From: a virus | Taxonomy: Duplodnaviria; Heunggongvirae; Uroviricota; Caudoviricetes | Direction: 5' to 3' (one strand) | Virus record (IMG/VR): IMGVR_UViG_3300028840_008157 | Length of the DNA: 64,000 bases | Notes under the pieces: generated by a model | Told to the model about the DNA's origin: nothing | Database searches by the model: none | Seen by the model: only the letters and a program-made list of their open reading frames with translations | Position numbers and translations under genes: made by a program | Shown: positions 39,501 to 46,442 of the stretch, piece after piece | Numbering within the stretch: the first letter of the stretch is position 1 | How the letters are laid out: every line of letters starts with the position of its first letter

Positions 39501-41465
39501 GGTAATGCCGCTATGACCTGAAAAACCGCTTGTCCCGCTTTCCCCGGACGTACCGGCTGGTCCAGCCTCCCCCGATGTCCCGCTCGTTCCGCTAAATCCA
39601 GAAATCCCGCTATACGCCGAGGTGCCGCTCGTTCCCGAGGTCCCTGAATCTCCAGCCTCCCCTGTCGTCCCGGAGAAACCGGACGAGCCGCTTAGGCCGG
39701 AATAGCCACTGGCCCCAGAAGTTCCCGAATCGCCTGTCTGGGCTGAAAATCCAGACCATCCGCTCGTGCCGGACGTACCTGGGCCGCCCGCCTCGGCGGA
39801 GAATCCAGACAAGCCGCTATATCCGGACGTCCCGGAATCGCCTGTCGAGCCCGGACTACCCGTCGCGCCCGACTCCCCGGAAATACCAGAGTAGGCGCTG
39901 AAACCGCTCGTCCCGGAATAACCAGACGTCCCTGACGTTCCAGACTCACCGCTCGTTCCGGACCACGCGCTGAAGCCGGATACTCCAGAGGTTCCGGAAT
40001 CGCCTGTCGAACCCGGACTACCAGTCGCGCCAGACTCCCCCGAAAGCCCCGAGAAACCGGAGAATCCAGAGGTTCCTGGTCCTCCCGCCTGGGCGGAGAA
40101 TCCGGACAAGCCGGAGTATCCGGACGTCCCGGAATCGCCTGCCGATCCAGGGCTACCCGCCGCGCCGGACTCCCCGGAAAGACCAGAGTAGGCGCTGAAA
40201 CCGCTCGTCCCGGAATAACCAGACGTCCCTGACGTTCCAGACTCACCGCTCGTTCCGGACCACGCGCTGAATCCGGAAATCCCGGAATCACCGCTGTATC
40301 CGCTGCTCGCGGTTCCCGAGAAACCGGAGGTTCCGGACGTCCCAGGGCCGCCTGCTTCGGCTGAAAAACCTGACAGGCCGCTATACCCGGACGTTCCGGA
40401 GTCGCCAGCCGATCCTGGACTACCGGTCGCTCCCGACTCTCCTGAGTAACCGCTGAAACCGCTCGTCCCGGAGTAGCCGGACGTCCCTGACGTTCCGGAA
40501 TCACCGCTCGTTCCGGACCACGCGCTGAAACCAGAAGTACCAGAAGCACCGGACTCGCCGCTATATCCGCTGCTCGCGGTTCCCGAGAAACCGGAGGTTC
40601 CGGACGTCCCAGGGCCGCCTGCTTCGGCTGAAAAGCCTGACAGGCCGCTATACCCAGAATCTCCCTCGGTACCCGAGACGCCGCTGTAACCACTAAACCC
40701 ACTGGGCCCGCTTGGACCGGAAGGACCGCTGTAACCTTCCCCGGAGAAACCCGAGGTTCCGCTGTCGCCAGAAAACCCGCTGGGTCCGCTTGGACCGGAG
40801 GGCCCGCTGTAGCCTTCCCCGGAGAAACCCGAGGTCCCGCTTTCTCCAGCCTGGGCCGAGAATCCGCTCGTGCCGGAATAACTGCTAAATCCCGACGTTC
40901 CGCTGGTACCGCTCGTTCCCGAATAACCGCTTTGACCAGCACCGCTTTGACCGGAAGCCCCGCTCAGTCCTTCTCCAGAGAAACCCGAAGCCCCGCTGGA
41001 TCCTGATTCCCCGGAAGTCCCGCTTTCCCCGGAAGTACCACCCTGTCCAGAAGTCCCGCTCTGTCCGGAGGGGCCTTGCGTTCCCGATATTCCGCTGTCC
41101 CCGGAGGTTCCAGAGTGACCCGAATTCGCCGAGAACCCGCTAAGTCCCGATTGCCCGCTATGCGATGACGCTCCGCTGGTGCCCGAAATACCGGAGTGGC
41201 CCGATGTCCCGCTAAGCCCGACCGCTCCCCTGTAGCCGGAAGTTCCAGAATGACCAGAATATCCCGAGTAACCCCTCATCCCGGACGTTCCCGACGTCCC
41301 GGAATATCCTGAATCGCCTTGCGGGCCAGGGACGATGGAGCCTCCCTGCCCCGCCTGGTTCATGTCGATGACGTTGGTCTTCGTAGGCGGTGGCGTCTGC
41401 TCCGTCCTGCAAGTTTCCAGGATGATTTCGCCGCTCTGGAAGTTATGTTCGCCGGTGGTTGGCAC
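36528..41465 (-). CDS. mosaic tail-fibre protein D, 1645 aa: Gly-Xaa-Ser stalk segments separating four globular fibre domains
   Basis: GTG start with GAGG RBS. Domains in order: ~810 aa SGX; CYWLTTEYNSN...GWLW domain; ~170 aa SGX; TQAGHGF..LAKADA..EAVGIV domain; WISKSANYTA..DTSGGAWTLTLPESPSVGD (T4 gp34-like fibre repeat); RGYIDGL..DIDISVG..WYHVW..RRIG tip domain. Confidence 0.85.
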   Translation of the reverse strand: MPTTGEHNFQSGEIILETCRTEQTPPPTKTNVIDMNQAGQGGSIVPGPQGDSGYSGTSGTSGMRGYSGYSGHSGTSGYRGAVGLSGTSGHSGISGTSGASSHSGQSGLSGFSANSGHSGTSGDSGISGTQGPSGQSGTSGQGGTSGESGTSGESGSSGASGFSGEGLSGASGQSGAGQSGYSGTSGTSGTSGFSSYSGTSGFSAQAGESGTSGFSGEGYSGPSGPSGPSGFSGDSGTSGFSGEGYSGPSGPSGPSGFSGYSGVSGTEGDSGYSGLSGFSAEAGGPGTSGTSGFSGTASSGYSGESGASGTSGFSAWSGTSGDSGTSGTSGYSGTSGFSGYSGESGATGSPGSAGDSGTSGYSGLSGFSAEAGGPGTSGTSGFSGTASSGYSGDSGISGFSAWSGTSGESGTSGTSGYSGTSGFSAYSGLSGESGAAGSPGSAGDSGTSGYSGLSGFSAQAGGPGTSGFSGFSGLSGESGATGSPGSTGDSGTSGVSGFSAWSGTSGESGTSGTSGYSGTSGFSAYSGISGESGATGSPGSTGDSGTSGYSGLSGFSAEAGGPGTSGTSGWSGFSAQTGDSGTSGASGYSGLSGSSGFSGTTGEAGDSGTSGTSGTSAYSGISGFSGTSGTSGEAGPAGTSGESGTSGFSGHSGITGFSGHSGVGESGTSGTSGSSGYSGLSGFSAQAGGPGTSGTSGWSGVSGYSGTGESGTSGTSGSSGTSGFSGSSGEQGSSGTSGWSGVSGYSGTGESGTSGTSGTSGTSGSSGYSGLSGFSAQAGGPGSSGFSGYSGESGVAGTAGASGASGTSGFSGQAGESGPSGPSGFSGTSGFSAYSGTSGFSAYSGSSGYSGEGESGVSGFSATCYWLTTEYNSNQTLSLADHHHVLDVTASGGSVRIKTPNMFPTSSLPDGFNCIIRRNESSDSDVTFAVQHDFSLETKVTLTAGGEWVLVTQKDADGGINGWLWMTSYSGASGYSGKSGASGYSGKSGTSGFSGSAGASGTSGTSGFSSYSGTSGFSSYSGASGFSGADGTIGDSGFSGTAGTQGASGFSGIEGLEGTSGFSGYSAPSGTSGASAYSGASGVSAYSGFSAYSGESGVSAYSGFSGAPGEAGESGYSGISGALGPTGATGDSGFSGFSGFNVGAGETVKRTFTQAGHGFAVQNVVYRASGSFELAKADAEATAEAVGIVESVDGDDFTIVLAGYISGLSGLTDASVYYVSKDVAGQITTTEPIGGTEVSKPILIATGTTTGFVVNMRGLIGAGGPDSGYSGFSGDAGETGISGFSGTSGFSGTTGGGVTWISKSANYTANSFEGILADTSGGAWTLTLPESPSVGDIVAVSDATSSFSENNLTVARNGNNIQGEAEDLLCDLNQMTFEFVYTGADEGWMFNPYMDESAGVSMPRGYIDGLVLSNNVGDPNNDIDISVGSCRDDGDSADLILAEGLTKRLDAAWAVGTGLGGLDTGSKANSTWYHVWLIKRSDTNVVDALFSISATAPTMPANYDIKRRIGAILTDGSGNITTFYQYGDRFDWNAAVSDYSAAAPNNSLTAVTLTVPTGVVVGARHAIQGWSADTSKYYYTTSYDATGAAPQGIVTTAPASTWMRVPVAVAYTDTSAQIKHTGSSTGISGIINTVGWIDPRGKDDE
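39885..40271. repeat. perfect 90-bp direct repeat (39885-39974 and 40182-40271) within fibre D
   Basis: accagagtaggcgctgaaacc...gaccacgcgctgaa is identical in both copies; related diverged copies lie at ~40290-40390 and ~40565-40645. Confidence 0.85.
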
Positions 41466-41475
41466 GTGGCCGTCC

Positions 41476-41784
41476 TCACATTACGAAATAATTGATGTCC
41501 AGCGTATCGGGAATGTTGGCGTAGCAGATCGTGAACCCGTCGTCGTCCACCGACTTGACGTAGCATTCCGGGGCGAACGCGTAGTTCTGGTAATCGTAAC
41601 CGTAGGCGTCCACGAGGTATCGGTTGTAAATCTTGGAGAAGGCCACCTCGGCCGCCGAGACCGGGAAGGACGTGACGATCTTCAGCTCGCCATCGCCGAG
41701 GACGTCCGTTCCCGATGCCGACACGATTAGATGCCCAAAGACGGGCGCGCTATCGCCATACCGCCATGTGATTCGCCTGCGCAT
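41476..41784 (-). CDS. hypothetical small beta-rich protein, 102 aa (possible fibre-associated subunit)
   Basis: GGAGG RBS; first gene after an intergenic promoter motif; C-terminal VKSVDDDGFTI...INYFVM is beta-strand-like. Confidence 0.7.
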   Translation of the reverse strand: MRRRITWRYGDSAPVFGHLIVSASGTDVLGDGELKIVTSFPVSAAEVAFSKIYNRYLVDAYGYDYQNYAFAPECYVKSVDDDGFTICYANIPDTLDINYFVM

Positions 41785-41812
41785 TCGGAGCCTCCAAGTC
41801 CCTCAAAACCAA

Positions 41813-41838
41813 ATTCTGACGAGGCCGCCGAACATCCT
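41813..41838 (-). promoter_or_regulatory. candidate promoter AGGA-N18-GAAT upstream of 41476..41784
   Basis: Minus strand reads AAGGATG ttcggcggcctcg TCAGAATTT. It matches the core of the B. subtilis sigma-H consensus and ends 28 nt before the ATG. Confidence 0.65.
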
Positions 41839-41851
41839 TTGGTGGCGATCC

Positions 41852-44800
41852 TTAGAATTGAACGACGACGACGTTCGATTTCACGGCATCCCCCGTTACG
41901 GAGCCGTTGTATGGCGTTACGACGGCGTACCACTTATGACCAGGAACGAGGAACGTCGCGGCAACCCCATCGGAGTCGTCCAGGTTCGTGATGCGCTCGC
42001 CGTTCTTGTACCAGGCGACGCGGCTTTGGTCGGCCAGTTCGTCGACGTCGATGTATCGATAGGACAACTTCAGGTTGCTTATCGCCGACGGCGCCGTAGG
42101 CACGACGGCCACGTCCTCGACCGACGGGGCCGATCCTGTGACGGTCACCGTCTGGCTCGAGACGGTCGACCCGAAGTCGCTACCGTCGGACGGCGTCACG
42201 TCGCAACGTATTGTCGCGCCTGGGAATACGTACTTGTTCCCCTGCTCGTCCTTCTCTTCTGCAAGCAGCTTGGAATCGCCCCCGGTCTTGATCTCGAGGC
42301 CCCCGGAATACCACGTGAATACGGTTCCCTCCGGCTTGTCCCCGTCGATGTCCTCGAACTCGTACGTCGCCGTTATGTTGTCGGACGACGTGAAGACGTC
42401 CGGTCCGCCCTTGTTGTCAGAGACGAGCCGAACCTCGCCAATGGACGGCGGCACGTTCGCGATGGTGACCTTAGGAGAGGAGGCGAGCGGTCCGAATGAC
42501 TTGCCATCGCTCGGCCTGACCGTGAAGAACCATTCCTGACCTCGTGCGATGAACTGGTCGATTCCGACGTCCGCCCTCCTGGCGACGATGTCGGAATTGG
42601 AGACGCTTCTTTTGTTGTTCAGTTCCGAGACCGGGGCGCCGTTACGGTACCAGGTTATCTGCGTCGTAGACTCGTCCTCCGTATCCCCGTCCGGGTCGGC
42701 GAACGTGTAGTTCGCTACTAGTGGTCCTCCCGGCAGCGCGGGTGACGGCGTGATGAACAGGTTGACGGCGCGGGGCGCGCTGTTGACGCCGACGCCCTCC
42801 TCGTCAGCGCTGTTCCCGTACATGAAGGCGAAGGAGTCCAATACCCTCGTCTCGTTGGGGTTCGATGACGGGTTCGACATCTTGACTCCGACCCTGAAGG
42901 TCGAAGGATTCTGAACCTCCAGCGTCACCTTGTCGTTAGGGGACAGCCTTCGACGGAAGGCGATGACGCCTCTCTCGGGGACTGCGATGTACTGCTGGGG
43001 CAACACTTCGACGCCATTCAGGTAGACGAACATGACGGCTTCTTGCGACCATGGTCCCGATGGCGCCCTGTATAGCACGAAGTCGTCCGTCTCGAGAACC
43101 TCGTCCGTCGTATTCCCGGCGTCGTCCAGGGTCGCGTTGAATGACCTGTTGATAACGTGTATCGTCCCCCTGTCCCCCGTTCCTGGCTGGGTCACGCCGA
43201 CGTAGTCCCTGTCGAATACGAAGGACTCCCCGTGATGCAGTCCGACCGTCGCAGAGCCGCCCGTCGGGAGCCTGTAGTTTACCACCGATGCGAGCTCGGA
43301 TACCTGCCCCGAGACCGTTTGCGGATAGGTATAGAGAAACTGGACGGCGGCCTCGACGAAGTCTATCGCGACGTATGTCAGGACGGGAGACGAGAACGAC
43401 TTGCTCTGTAGAGAGACGCGATACCTTACGTAGGAAGCCTCGATGGGCTCCTCGAAACGATGGACTAGGTTTGGCGCGATGGGAAGCTCGTACTCGGTAT
43501 AGTTGTAGTCGTCGTCGCTGTACCAGATCGTCATCTCCGCGCGGTTCCCGTCGGGACCGCCGTAGCCCTCGATGTTGGAGACGGCGAAGTAGGCCGACGT
43601 CAGGGGGCCTCCAAGGTCGTGATCGATGGTTATAGTACCCGATCCTATGCTCGAAGGGGCCGACGTCTTGATCCTGTCGATGACGAACTGCACGTAGGAC
43701 TGGTCGATGACCGAGAAGCTGTTCCCCCCGGTACCCTCCGATATGTACTCGAGGTCCCGCACGTCGGTCCTGGCCCTCCGCGCCGACAAGCTCGGGGGCG
43801 TCGTCACGACGAAGTTCGTCACGAATATGGGGAACTCGAAGTTGCCCGCGACGGCGTTTGCCTCACTGACGATGTCCGATGGCGAGACCGTCGAGTAGCT
43901 CTGGTCGTTGTCGCTGGCGGTCACCATCATGTTGCGAGCCTGGGACTGGGCGTCGTTCCTGAGGCGCACGCCCTCCAGGATGCCGTCATAGTACGGGCTC
44001 GAGCCGAACGGGATTTCCTCCCTGAGCCTGTCCAGCGCCTCCTTGGCGTCCGCCGCGTCGAAATCCTCGCCGACGACGGTGACGTCGGGGATGGACGTGA
44101 TGTCGCTATAGTACTCGGCGGAAGCCGATCTCTTCTGGGCCGCCGGCCCGGGGTTGACCGAGAACGACAGCGGGTCGGGATCCTCCGGAGTCTTCTCCGA
44201 GATGGTCGCGTTAGTGTCCGAGCTGCCGTTGTAGAAGTCGTCCTCGACGACGATGTCGATCGCCACGTCGTACAGCGAGCGGTCCTCGCCGATGGTCTGC
44301 GTAACGTTCCTGCGCTCCTCCGGGTCTAGCTCCCTCTTGAGCGCCTCCTCGCTGGGGGCCGTCTCGTTCGCCTTCGCGAACGAGAAGAGATTGTCGGCCT
44401 GCGTTATGGGGTCCTCACTCCTCGGGAGGAGCGACGTCGCGGCCTTCCCGTCGAACAAGGAGACAAGCGTCGAGGAGAAGATGACCGGAAGGATCGACGT
44501 GCTTTGGGGAGGCAACGGCGTCGTGTCCACCTCCGTCGTAGCCCCTTGCTCCTGCTGCAACTCCTGTTGCGTCTGTACCTGGGACGCCTCCTCGTTGGTT
44601 AGTTGCACGTAGATGACGCCCCTGACGCGAACTTTCGTTCCGTCGGGAGGCGGGTCGCCTGCCGCGTCCAGCGCCTCGACGACGACGTTGGCGGTTTGTA
44701 TGCCGTCGGCCCTTATCCGGTCGGGGTCGACGTAGGCGTCGATCGACAACCATCCTGGCGGTTGCCCTGATCCCGATCCGCCGAGAGCGTAGACGTAATC

Positions 44801-46435
44801 CCCGAGCGAGACGCTGCCCGGGTCATGGACCACGAACGGCATTACCGCGTAACCGGACGGCCCCACGATGGACGACGCCGACGGGTCGTATATCTCGATC
44901 TTGTTCTGCCACGGCGACGTGCTAGTCATCCCGCCGAGGACGTACATTTTTCCGGATCGTACGGCCGCCCCGTAACGGTACCTCGGGAGGCATGGGCCCG
45001 AGCAGGAGGACGGGTAAGAACCTATGGACGCCGTCGACGAGTCGTACGTTGAGACGTTGTACTTGACGACCGTCGAGCGAATAGCGTTGGTGCTCTTGCT
45101 AGTCTGACCGGAGTACCGCAGGCCGTAAAGGACGTTTATCTCGTTCCCGTCGATGATGGCGGACGCCCCTATTCGGTTCTCCGGTAGGATGGCGAGGTCG
45201 ACGCTCGACCCCGAAGCGTGCGATAGCGTCAAGGGGGATGCCAGCAGCAGCTCGCCTCGCGCGGCGTTGTGTGACGTGTACAGAACCGTCTCGGAAGCGC
45301 CTCCCCGGTTTATGGTCACCGTCCCGTAGGAGGGAAAGGCCACGTTGGACTGGATGGACAGGCTCTCGTCGCCGGCCGTCGCGGCAGCCTGCAACGTCGT
45401 CGACGCCGCCCCGGAGACGATCACGTCCTGGATCGTCCATTGGTCAGTTCCCGGGTCGTACTGGAACACCGAACGGTTGAACTGGTCGATGACTTCCTCA
45501 TTGTCGGTCTCGGAGAACGAGGACGCCCCTAGAAGGACGTATATCTTGCCGCTTATCACCGCCGACGACCCGAAGGCCACCGGGGACGGCATGCTGCCCA
45601 GCGTTGACCATGAGTTGGAGGTCGTATCATACGCGTGGACGCTCGACGAGGCGTGCGATTCGGAGTCGTCGTATCCCCCCATGACGTACATCTTCGACCC
45701 GATCACGGCGGACATGCCGAACGCCCGCGCCGCCGGAAGAACGGCCACGTTGGACCACTCGTCGGCGGACGGGTCGTATTTCTCGGTGGTCGACGAGTAG
45801 CCGCCGTTCAATCCTCCCGTCACGTATATGTTGCCCCCCACCTCCTCGCAGAACGTGCCGCTTCGGCCCTCCCCGGCGGGCGTCATGGTCTCCCAAGTAT
45901 TCGTCGTCACGTTGTACCGCTGCGTGATGGCCAGGAAGTTTCCGGAGATGTCCGTCTCCTCCTCCGGTTCCTCGATGGTCAGTGTCATGGACTGCGGGAT
46001 GAACCTGGTCGCCGTCCCGAGCTTGTCGTAGGTACTGTAGGCGACGACCGTGACGTTGTTCTCGAGAGGGTTGATGATCGGCTTGAGGGTGACCTTGGCG
46101 ACGGCCCTCGAGACGAGCGTCCCGACGTCCCCGGCGGACGCGTCCTTGACGACGAGGTTTTGGACGACGCCCGTGTCCGAGACGAGCTCGATGCCCTCGA
46201 TGGGCGATATGTTCTCGTTGATCGTCTCTATCGTGAAGCGCCTGAAAAACGTCCCGTTGTCCCTCGACTCGGTCAGCTCCGGCAGCGTCCCCTTGCCGAC
46301 GACGAACTTGACGACGGCCCCTTCCGGGAGCTCGTCCCCCGCGAAAGAGAACGTGGCGTAGAGGTCGATCGACGTCTGCCCGTCGGGGGGGATCGTCGTC
46401 GTTACCTCGTCGCCTATTTGCGCCCACATCGCCAT
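41852..46435 (-). CDS. giant multidomain protein, 1527 aa: Ig-like, Kelch propeller, invasin-type Ig, C-terminal half of a vWA domain, three AIR9-like Ig repeats
   Basis: Kelch repeats (IYVTGG..EKYDP..W; MYVMGG; MYVLGG..IEIYDP). IRADGIQTANVVVEALDAAGDPPPDGTKV segment. Repeats of P.A..L.I.P...G..L.A.Y.F.D.DGD.E......WY.NG. Confidence 0.85.
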   Translation of the reverse strand: MAMWAQIGDEVTTTIPPDGQTSIDLYATFSFAGDELPEGAVVKFVVGKGTLPELTESRDNGTFFRRFTIETINENISPIEGIELVSDTGVVQNLVVKDASAGDVGTLVSRAVAKVTLKPIINPLENNVTVVAYSTYDKLGTATRFIPQSMTLTIEEPEEETDISGNFLAITQRYNVTTNTWETMTPAGEGRSGTFCEEVGGNIYVTGGLNGGYSSTTEKYDPSADEWSNVAVLPAARAFGMSAVIGSKMYVMGGYDDSESHASSSVHAYDTTSNSWSTLGSMPSPVAFGSSAVISGKIYVLLGASSFSETDNEEVIDQFNRSVFQYDPGTDQWTIQDVIVSGAASTTLQAAATAGDESLSIQSNVAFPSYGTVTINRGGASETVLYTSHNAARGELLLASPLTLSHASGSSVDLAILPENRIGASAIIDGNEINVLYGLRYSGQTSKSTNAIRSTVVKYNVSTYDSSTASIGSYPSSCSGPCLPRYRYGAAVRSGKMYVLGGMTSTSPWQNKIEIYDPSASSIVGPSGYAVMPFVVHDPGSVSLGDYVYALGGSGSGQPPGWLSIDAYVDPDRIRADGIQTANVVVEALDAAGDPPPDGTKVRVRGVIYVQLTNEEASQVQTQQELQQEQGATTEVDTTPLPPQSTSILPVIFSSTLVSLFDGKAATSLLPRSEDPITQADNLFSFAKANETAPSEEALKRELDPEERRNVTQTIGEDRSLYDVAIDIVVEDDFYNGSSDTNATISEKTPEDPDPLSFSVNPGPAAQKRSASAEYYSDITSIPDVTVVGEDFDAADAKEALDRLREEIPFGSSPYYDGILEGVRLRNDAQSQARNMMVTASDNDQSYSTVSPSDIVSEANAVAGNFEFPIFVTNFVVTTPPSLSARRARTDVRDLEYISEGTGGNSFSVIDQSYVQFVIDRIKTSAPSSIGSGTITIDHDLGGPLTSAYFAVSNIEGYGGPDGNRAEMTIWYSDDDYNYTEYELPIAPNLVHRFEEPIEASYVRYRVSLQSKSFSSPVLTYVAIDFVEAAVQFLYTYPQTVSGQVSELASVVNYRLPTGGSATVGLHHGESFVFDRDYVGVTQPGTGDRGTIHVINRSFNATLDDAGNTTDEVLETDDFVLYRAPSGPWSQEAVMFVYLNGVEVLPQQYIAVPERGVIAFRRRLSPNDKVTLEVQNPSTFRVGVKMSNPSSNPNETRVLDSFAFMYGNSADEEGVGVNSAPRAVNLFITPSPALPGGPLVANYTFADPDGDTEDESTTQITWYRNGAPVSELNNKRSVSNSDIVARRADVGIDQFIARGQEWFFTVRPSDGKSFGPLASSPKVTIANVPPSIGEVRLVSDNKGGPDVFTSSDNITATYEFEDIDGDKPEGTVFTWYSGGLEIKTGGDSKLLAEEKDEQGNKYVFPGATIRCDVTPSDGSDFGSTVSSQTVTVTGSAPSVEDVAVVPTAPSAISNLKLSYRYIDVDELADQSRVAWYKNGERITNLDDSDGVAATFLVPGHKWYAVVTPYNGSVTGDAVKSNVVVVQF

Positions 46436-46442
46436 GATGCGT

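Noticed and set aside
15825-40942. Long Pro-rich antisense ORFs and long same-strand shifted ORFs in the repeat genes (e.g. 16284..17087 +, 24697..27738 -, 39692..40942 -)
   Set aside because: These are expected from Ser/Gly/Thr codons, which rarely create stops in other frames. I saw no slippery site or RBS to support programmed frameshifting.
14774-41465. CRISPR array or diversity-generating retroelement
   Set aside because: The repeats are in-frame coding triplets without a constant repeat/unique spacer structure. Duplicated blocks differ at synonymous sites rather than specifically at adenines, and there is no cas or reverse transcriptase gene in the window.
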